A stretch of DNA of 64,000 bases. Source: a virus (lineage: Duplodnaviria > Caudoviricetes). How positions within the stretch are numbered: the first letter of the stretch is position 1; the number at the start of each line of letters is the position of its first letter. Below are positions 19,016 through 28,679 of this stretch, piece after piece. Both the position numbers and the translations under genes were made by a program. Below the pieces are notes generated by a model. The model searched no databases, was not told the origin of the DNA, and worked only from the letters and a program-made list of their open reading frames with translations. Where the stretch lies: the IMG/VR virus record IMGVR_UViG_3300041411_000177, positions 1 through 64,000 of that record; one strand, 5' to 3'.

Positions 19016-22000
19016 TTAGCGTGTTTTATATTTGAAGGTCAGTTCAGACAATTCCTTCAGCGCCTGATCTTTGTTCGAAACGGTGATACCGCTTCGCGCC
19101 ACTTCTGCAACCTTGGCTTTCAGGTCGGTTTTATTCTTCCCGAAATACATCCATTCGCCGTCCGACTTCAACCACTTGGCACCAGCATTCGGAACAGCTT
19201 TGCCGAGGTGCTTAATGATGCCGGGGTTAGTCCGCAAGTCCACGCACAACATCACGTGTTCTTCGGTAAAGATCGGGAATACACGAATGGCACGACGGTT
19301 GCTGCTCATGCGTTTTTGCACGCTGAAGAACGCAGGCAATTCACTTACCGGAGCCAGTTCCAAGCGATACCACAATTTGTGGGTGTTCTTCTGGCCTTCG
19401 TCGAACGCGTTGTTGATCGACATAAACAAGTCGTTCAATTTGTCATTCACTTCGAAGTTTTCGTAAACCCAGTCGTAGATCGCGTGGAATTTCTTCTTGT
19501 TGGAAACATTGATGTACGCGTAGGCCGGAGTAAATTGGAAGCCCAATTTCTTCAGGTTCACGTCGCCAGCTTCTGGCGTTGCTTCCAGCGTTGCAAATCC
19601 GTGGTAGTAGGCAGGGTACAGAGAAACTTCCGGAGTTTCGATTTCTTCGGGGAAGTCTTCCTGTTCCACAATGACGCCGACTTTCGGATTGTCGGTGGCT
19701 TTGAGTTTCTTGCCGCCGCCGATTTTCACCGTACCGCCAGTGTCGTAAATACCCTCGTTGAGCGGGCGACCTTTCTTCTCGTTTTCTTCTCGTTTCTCGC
19801 CGTCTTTCGCTTCTTTCTTGATAACGCGAATTTTGTCCGTCTCTTGTTTCTTCTTGATCCGGTTTTCGCGTTCCTCGGCTTCAGCTTGTTTCTTCTGCTG
19901 TTCTTCCAAACGCTTTTGGCGAGCGGCGTCACGTTTTTCCTCGGTGTCAGTACCAGCCAGCGACACGTCGAAGAAACGTTCTTCCTGTTCAGGCGTTACG
20001 TTTTTCTGCGCGATATAAGCCATGTTCACTTGAACGGTTACGCGCCCGGCCATACCAGCTGGCGGGTTTTTCAAGTTCACAATCAGGCTCGACAATTTAC
20101 CGCCGCGAGTGTTAAAGCCGACAATACGCCCGGTGCCCCATTCCGTAACAACCGGTTTGGTCAGCAAATGTTCACGATAATTCTTGAACATTTCCGGATC
20201 GCGCATCAGAACTTCGATGTTCAGCAAGCCCCAATTGTTATGGTCGGGAATTGGCTGGTTCGCAACAAACGGCACCAGTTCCATACGGGCAGAACCTTCG
20301 ATGTTTGGAGCGGCTTCAATCGGCAACATATCCGCTTTCATCGTGTTACGCATTTCTGCGAACTCTTTCGATTCAACGGCGTTCAACCGACGATAAGCGT
20401 CTTCCATTTCATTGAATGGTTCGTCGTCGAGGCCAGCGGTCGATGCAAGCATGTCCACGCTAAGCGCCAAACGCGGGTCTTCTTTTTCCGTCGGAACAAC
20501 CACGGAAGCCAACAATTCCTGATACAACGGATTCGATGCTTCAGTGATTCGCGCAACACCGAAAGTCTTGGAAATAACGCGTGCCAATTTCGGCACTTCC
20601 ATAGTGTTGTCAGCGAGTACCCAATCCAGATAAACCACGTCACGGGTCAAACCGCCTTCGCCCTTCGCCGCTGCAATTGCGCCCTTAGCATCTGGACGCC
20701 ATACCCGTGCAGCAGTTTGTGCCAATGCACCCGGCCCCCATGGGGCTTCCGCACGAATCATTCGGCTTGCCAATTGAAGGTTGTGGCCTTCGGACATGCC
20801 TTGTTCGTTCGCGATCAGAATTTGTACGCGATCATCAGTTTTGAAGTCGTTGAAAGCCTTCACGCGATCCGGTTCGTCACCGGTGAATTTCACGGCCATC
20901 GCTTTGAAGTTCGGTGGCAGTGCATCGTAAATTGCGCGTGCGCTTGCGTTGTAACGAGTGATAATGATCAGTTTGCCTTTCGGCTCAGGCTTCCAGTAAT
21001 CCGGGGCCTCAACTGGTGTACGACTCAGGATGTTATCGGGAAGTGCAACGCGTGTTTCGCCCGGATTGTATTTCCGTGCGACGTACAGCTGGCCTTCGAA
21101 ATCAACGAGGTCGAGTTCGATATAACGGTTGCCGCGTTTCCACTTTTGCGGGTTGAAGTGCAACGCTGTCAGGTTCGCGATATATTTTGCTTTTCGCGAA
21201 ACAAAACCTTCACCCATGTCACCGAAAACTTCGCCGTATGCTTCGTCTTCCTGCGGGCAGATAATCAGGCGTTCGAAACGCGCAATGTTTTTCTCCCACA
21301 ATTTCTGCGCGATAGCTTCCCCGGAAAAGTCCGAGTCGTTATCCACGGTATCTGCACCGCCACCGCCGCCGTTATCGTCGTCTTCATCGTCGTCACCGTC
21401 TTTATCGGCCAGCGCTTCAGCTTTCGCTTTTTGGCGCAGCAACGGTTCCATTTCTTCCAACGTGCGGTCGAGTACCAAGCGGTACAATTGTTCGTGCAGT
21501 TTTTGCTGTTCGATTTCAACTGCGCTCGTACCATCTGCGCCATCGTAGTCCACCATTGGAACCGGGTGAAAACTTTCGATAGCGGACGGCAGCATGTAAG
21601 CCCAGTCCTTTTTATCTTTCACGATAAACGAAATATAGTGACCGAGTTTATCGACCGCACGTTTACCGTTAAGCGGGGTGAATGTGGTAATTACACGATC
21701 ACCGATTTTGACAAGGCCACTGTCTTTTTCAGCTTCCTGATCAGGCTTGATATTCGCGATATCACCAGCACGGAAAACGTGCGGAGCTTTCAACGCGATT
21801 TGGCCTTCGATATCTTTCGCACGGTCTGGCATGATCGTACCAGTCAACAGGCGCAGCCATTTGACGGTGGTCGAAGAGGTCAGAATTTTCACAGCACGGT
21901 GACGCGCCGATTTGAAAGACTTCAGGTTGTGCGATTCGTCGATTGCCACATAGTTGCAACCGAGGCGACGGATCAACTCAAGGTTTTGCGAGAAGTTAAC

Positions 22001-25000
22001 CTGCGCATTACCGATACAAACGCGAGTGTTCCGGCCCTGAATGAAAGTCATCGAACTGATAAAAATCGTGTTCGGTGGCGCGGTGGTTGCCAAATCGCTC
22101 AGGCGTTTTTCACCAACGGTTTTCATCCAGCGTTGCAGCACATCGGAACTGATCGGGAATGCGTTCCAGTTGGCGCCTTGGAAATATTTCATTTCCTCAC
22201 ACCAAGTGTTGATCAGACCGTTCGGGCAAATAACCAACGGACGTACAACGGTGCCCGCTTCTTTCATGTCGGCCATGAGGCAGGCAATGTCGATAATGCC
22301 TTGACCGGTTTTACCACCACCGGGAGCCAGTGCCAGAATTGCGAAGGTCGGCGGATTCTTTTTACGCAGTGAACTTTGCACGTCTTCTTGGTGCGGGAAA
22401 ATCGCACGGTCTTCACCGATCATGCCGGGGAATTTAATGTCGTCAGAACTGAACGACGGATCAGGTTTAATCGACTCAACCTGTTCCTGCGCTTCTGCGA
22501 AAATGGTTTCCGCGTTTGGCGCATATTTCCCAAGCATTACCGCGAACGGCAGAACGTCTTTGTACAACGTGGCGTTCGGTTGCAGCGTCAGGCTGATCGA
22601 ATATTGCTGACCCGGACGGTCTGGCATTTCACCGAGTTCAACCATTTGCTCGCCAGCGCGGGCGTTTGCAAAGTGTTCGATTTCAACACTGTTAATCGCG
22701 TCCAGAATCTGCTTGAAAACTTGGCCGCCGAAATAACGATACAGGCGAGCAAATTCAGCAGTGGTGCTGATCGTGGTGTTGAAATAGTCCGGATGGTTTT
22801 CCAGTTCGAGCGAGACTTCCGATGCACGCGGAGTTTTATCACCGTTGCGCAAATTCTCGAAAGTTTCATTCCACAGGTGCGTGCCTTGGGCACCGCTCGC
22901 CATGTCCATTGCTGTTTCCAGCAGGCCCAAAATAATCCCACGCACGTTGCCTTTGTGGCGATCAATCAGTGTGCCTTCAGGCGTCAGATATTTGGTGTAA
23001 TCCTGACTGAAGTCGAAGCCCTGTTCGGTCGGCAATTTCTGGTAATTCAGGGCACGCATTGCACTGCCCAACAATTCCGGAAGTTTCGGCACTTTGTTAT
23101 CGACATAGGCAATCCGCATGTAGAGATTTACCAGATTCGTAACGAGGCCGCTTTTTGCAAACTTCAGATGGTCTTCAGCTGCGCCGTAAAGTTCTTCAGC
23201 ACGCTTGTACGCCCATGCGGTGTGTTCGTGGTGACTCAGGGTATACATGGATTGCGCAAAAGAGCGCTTCATTGGTTTCTCGCCGTCGTTGGCAAGGTTA
23301 AAACCAAGCCAGTCAGCGATTGCCAAAGAATCCGGCGTTACCGATCCGACCGAAGTCGAAGTGATGGTGCGGCCCGGTGTGGAAGTCGCCTGAATATTGA
23401 TCCCGAAATCCCAATCGAAACCGAGCGAGCAACCGGCGAAGTTATCCAGTTCTTTTACCAGTGCTTGCATGCGCTCCAAATCTTGCGCATCAACCCACGG
23501 CCATTTCTCGGCGCGGTGATCGTCTTGGAATGCAGCCAACGGAATTTCGTTGCGGCTCAACAATTCCAGAAGTTCTTCGGATGTTTTCTCGAAGTCTTCG
23601 GCCAGCGTGGTTTTTTGCAGCGCGTCGATACTCGGGCGAATCGCCATCGTGCCTTGCGGCGTGATGAACATGTTTTCCGCGTTGCCTTTGGTTTTCTCGA
23701 CGACGTAGCCGAACTGTTCACGCAGTGCCGGGATTTTCTTCAGCGTGGAAGCACTGGTCGCGTAACGCGGGATGTGTTCCATTTTGATTGCGGCGGCGTT
23801 GGAAACTTTGTAAGCCTTGCCGGTGCCGGAAACTTTCGCACGCAGAACCTGCGCGATGTACAGGGAGAACCACGAATTCGCACGGGTCAGCGAAGGGCGT
23901 TCGCTTTCCGGAGTTTGCGAAACAAAATGCGCGATATCCGATTCCAGAGTGAAGCGAATCGAGGTACGCAGCGTGACGTTCAGCAATTCCGATTCGGGAG
24001 TGATCTTCGGATTTTCACCGTTCAACGACTCTTCGATTTTCGCGTTGATCGCAGTCGGGCTCAGTTGCTGTTCACCGAACGACGGACGCGTATTGCGCAG
24101 AGTTTCAGTGAGTTTTTTCACAGCAGCGGACGGCTGTTTGATCACTTCGATTTGCAGAAACTGATCAGCGAAATGGTTGCTCACTACCATGTCGGTAATG
24201 ATTTCGCCAGCGGTTGGCAATTTGATGCCGGTATTTTTAATCCAGATGCGTTCGATATCGCTGAACTTGGTATTCAACGGAACGCCACGGTGGATCATGC
24301 GTTCGCTACTGGCTACGCTGCCCCACAGGAACATGTGGATTTCGCGAGCGGCGGCGAGAATGCGTTCACCGACCGGCGATTGCCACGTACCACGGCGACG
24401 GCCTTCGGTCAGTGGGAAATGATTGTTGGTTTCCAGATATTCGCTGCGACCGAGTTTGAAGTCTTCCACACCGAAATACGGCGCTGGCAAACCTTCTTTT
24501 TCCGGGTCAGCACCGGCACCCATCAGCACAACGTCGAGGCCTTCGTTGTATCGCTTCGAACGATACACGTTGTGGAACGAATGCGCAGTACGACGTGAAG
24601 CACGCATGAAATTCACAACGTCCTGTTCAACCGAACCAGTGGTACGTTTCGATTGGAACACTTGAACGAAAATCGAAGAAACGAGCGCTTCGTTTTGTTC
24701 GTCCGAGTTTTGCGACATGATGTTTGCACGCGACATGCACAGGCGCATGAAACGGAAAAACATGTTGATGTTTGCGGTAACGTCGCTCAGCGATTCCAGA
24801 ATCGGAACCAAGAAGTTACGTTCTTTCTTCGGATAGAAAAAAGATTCGTATTCCATGTTACGCGCAGGATCGAGCGAAATGGTGCGGATGGATTTAACGA
24901 ATTCGGAACTGTCGTCGCCGTCGTCGTCATCGTCGCTGTCTTCACCATTGGCACGGGCATAGGCCGAAAGCTGTTCAGCCAATTCGTCCTGTTGCGCGAG

Positions 25001-25063
25001 TTCCATACGCTTTTTACGCAGAGCGTCAGCGATTGGGTTTACTTCCCATTGTAAACGGTTCAT
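19016..25063 (-). CDS. giant SNF2/SWI2-family ATPase
   Basis: 2015 aa; LAPGGGKT, IDESH, LTGT, SEGHNLQLASRMIRAEAPWGPGALAQTAARVWR (SNF2 motifs V-VI). Confidence 0.85.
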   Translation of the reverse strand: MNRLQWEVNPIADALRKKRMELAQQDELAEQLSAYARANGEDSDDDDDGDDSSEFVKSIRTISLDPARNMEYESFFYPKKERNFLVPILESLSDVTANINMFFRFMRLCMSRANIMSQNSDEQNEALVSSIFVQVFQSKRTTGSVEQDVVNFMRASRRTAHSFHNVYRSKRYNEGLDVVLMGAGADPEKEGLPAPYFGVEDFKLGRSEYLETNNHFPLTEGRRRGTWQSPVGERILAAAREIHMFLWGSVASSERMIHRGVPLNTKFSDIERIWIKNTGIKLPTAGEIITDMVVSNHFADQFLQIEVIKQPSAAVKKLTETLRNTRPSFGEQQLSPTAINAKIEESLNGENPKITPESELLNVTLRTSIRFTLESDIAHFVSQTPESERPSLTRANSWFSLYIAQVLRAKVSGTGKAYKVSNAAAIKMEHIPRYATSASTLKKIPALREQFGYVVEKTKGNAENMFITPQGTMAIRPSIDALQKTTLAEDFEKTSEELLELLSRNEIPLAAFQDDHRAEKWPWVDAQDLERMQALVKELDNFAGCSLGFDWDFGINIQATSTPGRTITSTSVGSVTPDSLAIADWLGFNLANDGEKPMKRSFAQSMYTLSHHEHTAWAYKRAEELYGAAEDHLKFAKSGLVTNLVNLYMRIAYVDNKVPKLPELLGSAMRALNYQKLPTEQGFDFSQDYTKYLTPEGTLIDRHKGNVRGIILGLLETAMDMASGAQGTHLWNETFENLRNGDKTPRASEVSLELENHPDYFNTTISTTAEFARLYRYFGGQVFKQILDAINSVEIEHFANARAGEQMVELGEMPDRPGQQYSISLTLQPNATLYKDVLPFAVMLGKYAPNAETIFAEAQEQVESIKPDPSFSSDDIKFPGMIGEDRAIFPHQEDVQSSLRKKNPPTFAILALAPGGGKTGQGIIDIACLMADMKEAGTVVRPLVICPNGLINTWCEEMKYFQGANWNAFPISSDVLQRWMKTVGEKRLSDLATTAPPNTIFISSMTFIQGRNTRVCIGNAQVNFSQNLELIRRLGCNYVAIDESHNLKSFKSARHRAVKILTSSTTVKWLRLLTGTIMPDRAKDIEGQIALKAPHVFRAGDIANIKPDQEAEKDSGLVKIGDRVITTFTPLNGKRAVDKLGHYISFIVKDKKDWAYMLPSAIESFHPVPMVDYDGADGTSAVEIEQQKLHEQLYRLVLDRTLEEMEPLLRQKAKAEALADKDGDDDEDDDNGGGGGADTVDNDSDFSGEAIAQKLWEKNIARFERLIICPQEDEAYGEVFGDMGEGFVSRKAKYIANLTALHFNPQKWKRGNRYIELDLVDFEGQLYVARKYNPGETRVALPDNILSRTPVEAPDYWKPEPKGKLIIITRYNASARAIYDALPPNFKAMAVKFTGDEPDRVKAFNDFKTDDRVQILIANEQGMSEGHNLQLASRMIRAEAPWGPGALAQTAARVWRPDAKGAIAAAKGEGGLTRDVVYLDWVLADNTMEVPKLARVISKTFGVARITEASNPLYQELLASVVVPTEKEDPRLALSVDMLASTAGLDDEPFNEMEDAYRRLNAVESKEFAEMRNTMKADMLPIEAAPNIEGSARMELVPFVANQPIPDHNNWGLLNIEVLMRDPEMFKNYREHLLTKPVVTEWGTGRIVGFNTRGGKLSSLIVNLKNPPAGMAGRVTVQVNMAYIAQKNVTPEQEERFFDVSLAGTDTEEKRDAARQKRLEEQQKKQAEAEERENRIKKKQETDKIRVIKKEAKDGEKREENEKKGRPLNEGIYDTGGTVKIGGGKKLKATDNPKVGVIVEQEDFPEEIETPEVSLYPAYYHGFATLEATPEAGDVNLKKLGFQFTPAYAYINVSNKKKFHAIYDWVYENFEVNDKLNDLFMSINNAFDEGQKNTHKLWYRLELAPVSELPAFFSVQKRMSSNRRAIRVFPIFTEEHVMLCVDLRTNPGIIKHLGKAVPNAGAKWLKSDGEWMYFGKNKTDLKAKVAEVARSGITVSNKDQALKELSELTFKYKTR

Positions 25064-25476
25064 TCGTCACCCTCGGAAATCACGCCTTCGTTTTGGATGA
25101 TTGCGGCCCACGTAGAATTCGGCTCACGCTTTTGTTCCTGCGCGTACTTCATAAGCGCCATTGCAATTGCGGTGCGAACGTGTGGATCGGGTTCATCACG
25201 GAAGGGCTGCAAATCGTAGTAGCTGTAGAGATTGTTGTAGACCTGTTTGCGGAATGCTTCGAGCAAATCCTTAACTGCCTGATCCATGTCGAATGTAATC
25301 GGCGGCAATTCCGGAACGTATTCGGAATAAGATGTGTCCATCAAATCCTGAATATCATTGCGCGCAACTTCAGCCACACTCAGAATGGCTTTCAGTTTTT
25401 GTTCAGGCGGCGCATCGCCCTTCTTGATAATGGCAAGGATACTTTCGATCCCGTCCAGAGCGGTACTAAGGCTCAT
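25060..25476 (-). CDS. hypothetical protein
   Basis: 138-aa helical ORF with coupled overlaps. Confidence 0.6.
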   Translation of the reverse strand: MSLSTALDGIESILAIIKKGDAPPEQKLKAILSVAEVARNDIQDLMDTSYSEYVPELPPITFDMDQAVKDLLEAFRKQVYNNLYSYYDLQPFRDEPDPHVRTAIAMALMKYAQEQKREPNSTWAAIIQNEGVISEGDE

Positions 25477-26156
25477 TGCAAGTCTCCAATTGAGGCCCTT
25501 CGCCAGACGGCTAAGAGTTCTTTTTCTAATAGCGGGTAATGCGGCATTTCTGTTCGGAAGAAAACCTCATATTTCAAACAGAGGTGATCACCTTTCAGGC
25601 GCGCAATGCTGATTTTCATGTCGCGGTTAATAACCACAACCGTTTCCTGCCAAGGTTTTAGTTGGCGGATTGTACCGGGGCAACGATCAGTCACCACCGT
25701 AACCTTTTCACCGCCGCGCATGGTTGTGCGCCGATCCAATTGCAGAGAGTCCGGCAATTCCTTGAGGACTTTTACCTGCACCATTCGATTCAACAAATAA
25801 TCGAGGGTGAATCGTTGGGCTTTCATTTTCACTTGGCCCACGACTTTAAAACCATGAACAACATTGGTCAGGTCGTCAGAATCGAACACGATTTTAAACG
25901 TGTGCTTTACGGGCTTCAGGTGATACAAAAGAAATTTGGCTGTAAGCGCCGAGTTGAATGCGCTATACAGTTTATTTACAGTAAAGAAATCCTTCAGTGT
26001 GTGGAGCGTTTTGACCTTTACCCCGGCCTGACGCAAAAGAATTCGAAAACCCTCTTTCAAAACTTTCGGATCAAGATTTTTTGTATCGGGTAATTCTAAA
26101 AACGCTTCCCACGAACCGGCAAATTCCGGCTCAATGTCAGGTGGCATCTTTAGCAT
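25473..26156 (-). CDS. hypothetical protein
   Basis: 227-aa ORF; start may be 26147. Confidence 0.6.
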   Translation of the reverse strand: MLKMPPDIEPEFAGSWEAFLELPDTKNLDPKVLKEGFRILLRQAGVKVKTLHTLKDFFTVNKLYSAFNSALTAKFLLYHLKPVKHTFKIVFDSDDLTNVVHGFKVVGQVKMKAQRFTLDYLLNRMVQVKVLKELPDSLQLDRRTTMRGGEKVTVVTDRCPGTIRQLKPWQETVVVINRDMKISIARLKGDHLCLKYEVFFRTEMPHYPLLEKELLAVWRRASIGDLQ

Positions 26157-26490
26157 CTTTTTTCTTCTTCGCTAGGATTAGATGTTTGGAATGTCGGCTG
26201 CTGTGTTGTGCTGCATGGCAGTCGGCGCAAAGGGTACGCAGGTTGTGCATTACGGTTTGCCCGCCAGCACTTGCGGGGCGAATGTGATCGACCTGCAAAT
26301 AAGTTGTGTTCGGGCATTTCGTACATTTGTTTCCGTCACGTGCCAACACCTTTGCACGGATTGCCATCCACGCTGTGCGGTCGCCATAAACGGCGGTAGA
26401 AGTGCGGCGAACTTTAGCCACGACTTTTGCTTTCTTCGGCCCGCTTGCGACACTCTTAACCCGTTTAGGGGCAACACGCGTTGGCCTCAT
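26137..26490 (-). CDS. HNH endonuclease (possibly packaging-associated)
   Basis: RDGNKCTKC...VDHIRP...GG.....NLRTLCADCH. Confidence 0.9.
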   Translation of the reverse strand: MRPTRVAPKRVKSVASGPKKAKVVAKVRRTSTAVYGDRTAWMAIRAKVLARDGNKCTKCPNTTYLQVDHIRPASAGGQTVMHNLRTLCADCHAAQHSSRHSKHLILAKKKKDAKDAT

Positions 26491-27275
26491 AGCAATACCT
26501 TCCTCATGCGATCCAGTGCCTTTGGATATTCTTCAGTCACAGAGGCTGCAACTTCACCCAAAGTGTCTTTCAGTTTTTTATGCACTTCTGCGCGTTCGTC
26601 TTCGTCTTTGATGAACTTGGAAATCGCGCCCATCATGTGGAAGTAAATGTCGGTGAAACCTTGCGCGATCAGTTGCTGATACGGGCGCATCACAATCGCT
26701 TCCAGTTCGGAAACCTGTGCAGAAATATCGCGGGTTGCACGCAGGTCGGCAATCACTTCGCGAATCTGCGAATAGATGGTGTTCAACGCATAAACGTCTT
26801 TGTTGTAAATGCGATCTTCCATCTGTTCTTCGAGACGTTGAGCAGTCTGAATCAATTGCTCAAAAATACGGCGAGTTTCCGCATCGTATTCATCGACCGG
26901 GGCCGGTAGGTGTACATACTCTTCCACCGCTGCAATCGTGGTGGCCTTGCCTTTGGCTTTCTTCTTCAGCGCTACGGTGCCCGCAGGCAACGCGAGTTCA
27001 GTACGCATGGATTTGGAGCCGGGAAGCAATTCCCCTTCCAACGATTTCTTTTTCTTTTTCTTGATCGGATCTTGGCCGACTTTGAAAGTGTTGTCTTCGA
27101 TCACGATTGTTTCGTGTTTTTCGACTTTAACTTTCTTCTTTTTCTTTACGGATGGGCCACGGCCTTCGTCAAGATGTTTATTGCGGAGCTTACCGCGATC
27201 ATCAACACTGATTCCGTCGTCATCGCCTCCCCGCACAGTGCGAACTTTCACACCGGAACTTTTCACCTTAGCCAT
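26487..27275 (-). CDS. Lys-rich helical protein; possible terminase small subunit
   Basis: Poly-K N-terminus and coiled-coil C-terminus; lies next to HNH and head genes; the function call is a guess. Confidence 0.3.
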   Translation of the reverse strand: MAKVKSSGVKVRTVRGGDDDGISVDDRGKLRNKHLDEGRGPSVKKKKKVKVEKHETIVIEDNTFKVGQDPIKKKKKKSLEGELLPGSKSMRTELALPAGTVALKKKAKGKATTIAAVEEYVHLPAPVDEYDAETRRIFEQLIQTAQRLEEQMEDRIYNKDVYALNTIYSQIREVIADLRATRDISAQVSELEAIVMRPYQQLIAQGFTDIYFHMMGAISKFIKDEDERAEVHKKLKDTLGEVAASVTEEYPKALDRMRKVLL

Positions 27276-27305
27276 ACATTCCCCCTAACCGCACCACAAA
27301 CCGAC

Positions 27306-27331
27306 AAAAGGGGGCGCATGGCCCCCTTCTG
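27306..27331 (-). terminator. intrinsic terminator
   Basis: AAGGGGGC...GCCCCCTT hairpin followed by a T run on the minus strand. Confidence 0.75.
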
Positions 27332-27346
27332 AATTTCCAGCTTTTG

Positions 27347-28195
27347 TTAGAAGAAAACGTGAGCGCGAACGCGGGTCATGAATTCTTCGAAGAACGCCGG
27401 ACGACGGGCATAAACGCGGCTGTAGAAAGCAGCGAAACGGTCAACGTCGGCAGCGGATGCAACGGCGATGGAATCTTGAATTTCTTCTTCGCCTTCCAGT
27501 TCCAGCGCGCCAGCGGTAACAACGATCATTTCACGGTGAACGGTTTCGGTCTGGCCGTTCGGACGCACAACGAAAATTTCCGGAGTTGGCGAACCGTCTT
27601 CGTGGTCGATGGAAGCGCAGGCAATACCCATCTGCATGTCGCAGGATTGCTGCGAAACGTAGGTGATCAAATCACCACCTTCAACCATGGCGCGATCCTG
27701 CGAGGATTGCAGGTGCAGGTTTTTGTTGTTGAAGTCGTTCAGGTCGGTTTTTGCAACGGCCAGCAATTGTTGCATTACCAGCGTGTCGTCGGCGCAAATG
27801 GATTTAACCATTACTTCACCGGTTGCGGTTTTGCGCAGAGTCCACAGATTTTCTTCTGCGTCCATGTACATGTTGGCCGCGACGGCTTTGTAGTTCGGGC
27901 GATTGCCTTCGTTCACAACAACGCGTTCCGAAACGACGCCGACGATACCTTCGAAGTGGTGCAGGGTCGGTTCAGCAGCGAGCGAAACGAACGAACCGTG
28001 AATCGGAGTAACGCCTTTGAATTGCGCTTTGATACCGGCGTAAACTTGTTCAGCAGTTGCGCCAGCAGAAGCAACGGCGACGATGCGCATGAAACGGTCG
28101 TCGATTGGGAATGCTTCGCGAATTTCCACTTTGGTTACTGCGGTCTTGCCGGAAGTAACCAGAGCATCACGGGCTTTGGTAGCATTGAAAGTCAT
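27347..28195 (-). CDS. putative virion (head) structural protein
   Basis: 282 aa with highly biased codons; flanked by its own late motif and terminator; contains AVAS motifs. Confidence 0.55.
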   Translation of the reverse strand: MTFNATKARDALVTSGKTAVTKVEIREAFPIDDRFMRIVAVASAGATAEQVYAGIKAQFKGVTPIHGSFVSLAAEPTLHHFEGIVGVVSERVVVNEGNRPNYKAVAANMYMDAEENLWTLRKTATGEVMVKSICADDTLVMQQLLAVAKTDLNDFNNKNLHLQSSQDRAMVEGGDLITYVSQQSCDMQMGIACASIDHEDGSPTPEIFVVRPNGQTETVHREMIVVTAGALELEGEEEIQDSIAVASAADVDRFAAFYSRVYARRPAFFEEFMTRVRAHVFF

Positions 28196-28222
28196 GTTGG
28201 TGTATCTCCAGAGGATGTATGA

Positions 28223-28231
28223 TTAAATTAC
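28223..28231 (-). promoter_or_regulatory. putative late promoter GTAATTTAA
   Basis: About 28 nt upstream of the 28195 start; overlaps the upstream stop codon. Confidence 0.55.
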
Positions 28232-28660
28232 GAATTGTTTGAGTTCATCGTTCCAGAACTCTTTGAATGCGTCGTGAAGCACAAAGATAACTTTACCTTT
28301 GGTTTCTTCGCTACTGTCTTTCAAATGCGGCGTCATGAAACCATCGGTAATAAGATCACAACCCAGCGCCTTTCCGAGTTTGCCATCGAGGGCCAAATCG
28401 TAGTTGGTGATTGGATCGAGAATATTGGCCCAAGCAGCGGAACCGATAATCGTCGCCCATGCCGAATTGTGCAGCAGCATGTATTTGGATTTCGCCAAAA
28501 GCTGCATGGAAAGATTCAGATTGTTTTCGAGAATGTTTTCGTCCATGAAAACCCCATGCTCCACTGCCTCGGCAAGCCGATTGAAGTAGTAAGAAGTTTT
28601 CAGGGAGTCGCCATCTTTAATACGCTCCAAATTCGCTTCCAAAATATCTTTAACAGTCAT
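28223..28660 (-). CDS. 145-aa protein resembling a fragment of the major capsid protein
   Basis: Likely start ATG 28660 (MTVKDIL); WANILDPITNYDLALDGKLGKALGCDLITDGF resembles, from recall, the MCP segment of this phage group. Confidence 0.45.
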   Translation of the reverse strand: MTVKDILEANLERIKDGDSLKTSYYFNRLAEAVEHGVFMDENILENNLNLSMQLLAKSKYMLLHNSAWATIIGSAAWANILDPITNYDLALDGKLGKALGCDLITDGFMTPHLKDSSEETKGKVIFVLHDAFKEFWNDELKQFVI

Positions 28661-28679
28661 CTTTATGCCCCACGTCACG

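Noticed and set aside
18818-24598. Very long plus-strand ORFs (1184 and 740 aa), and similar ones at 2618, 4717, 32574, 40386 and 59954
   Set aside because: Antisense shadows of strongly codon-biased minus- or plus-strand genes; no motifs, no RBS and unnatural composition
15053-25063. Possible inteins in the polymerase or SNF2 genes
   Set aside because: No C/S...HN-C/S/T splice junctions or LAGLIDADG blocks seen; catalytic motifs are normally spaced
26137-26490. HNH gene as a mobile homing endonuclease or intron ORF
   Set aside because: Small, translationally coupled in an operon, and no interrupted host gene or intron structure is visible
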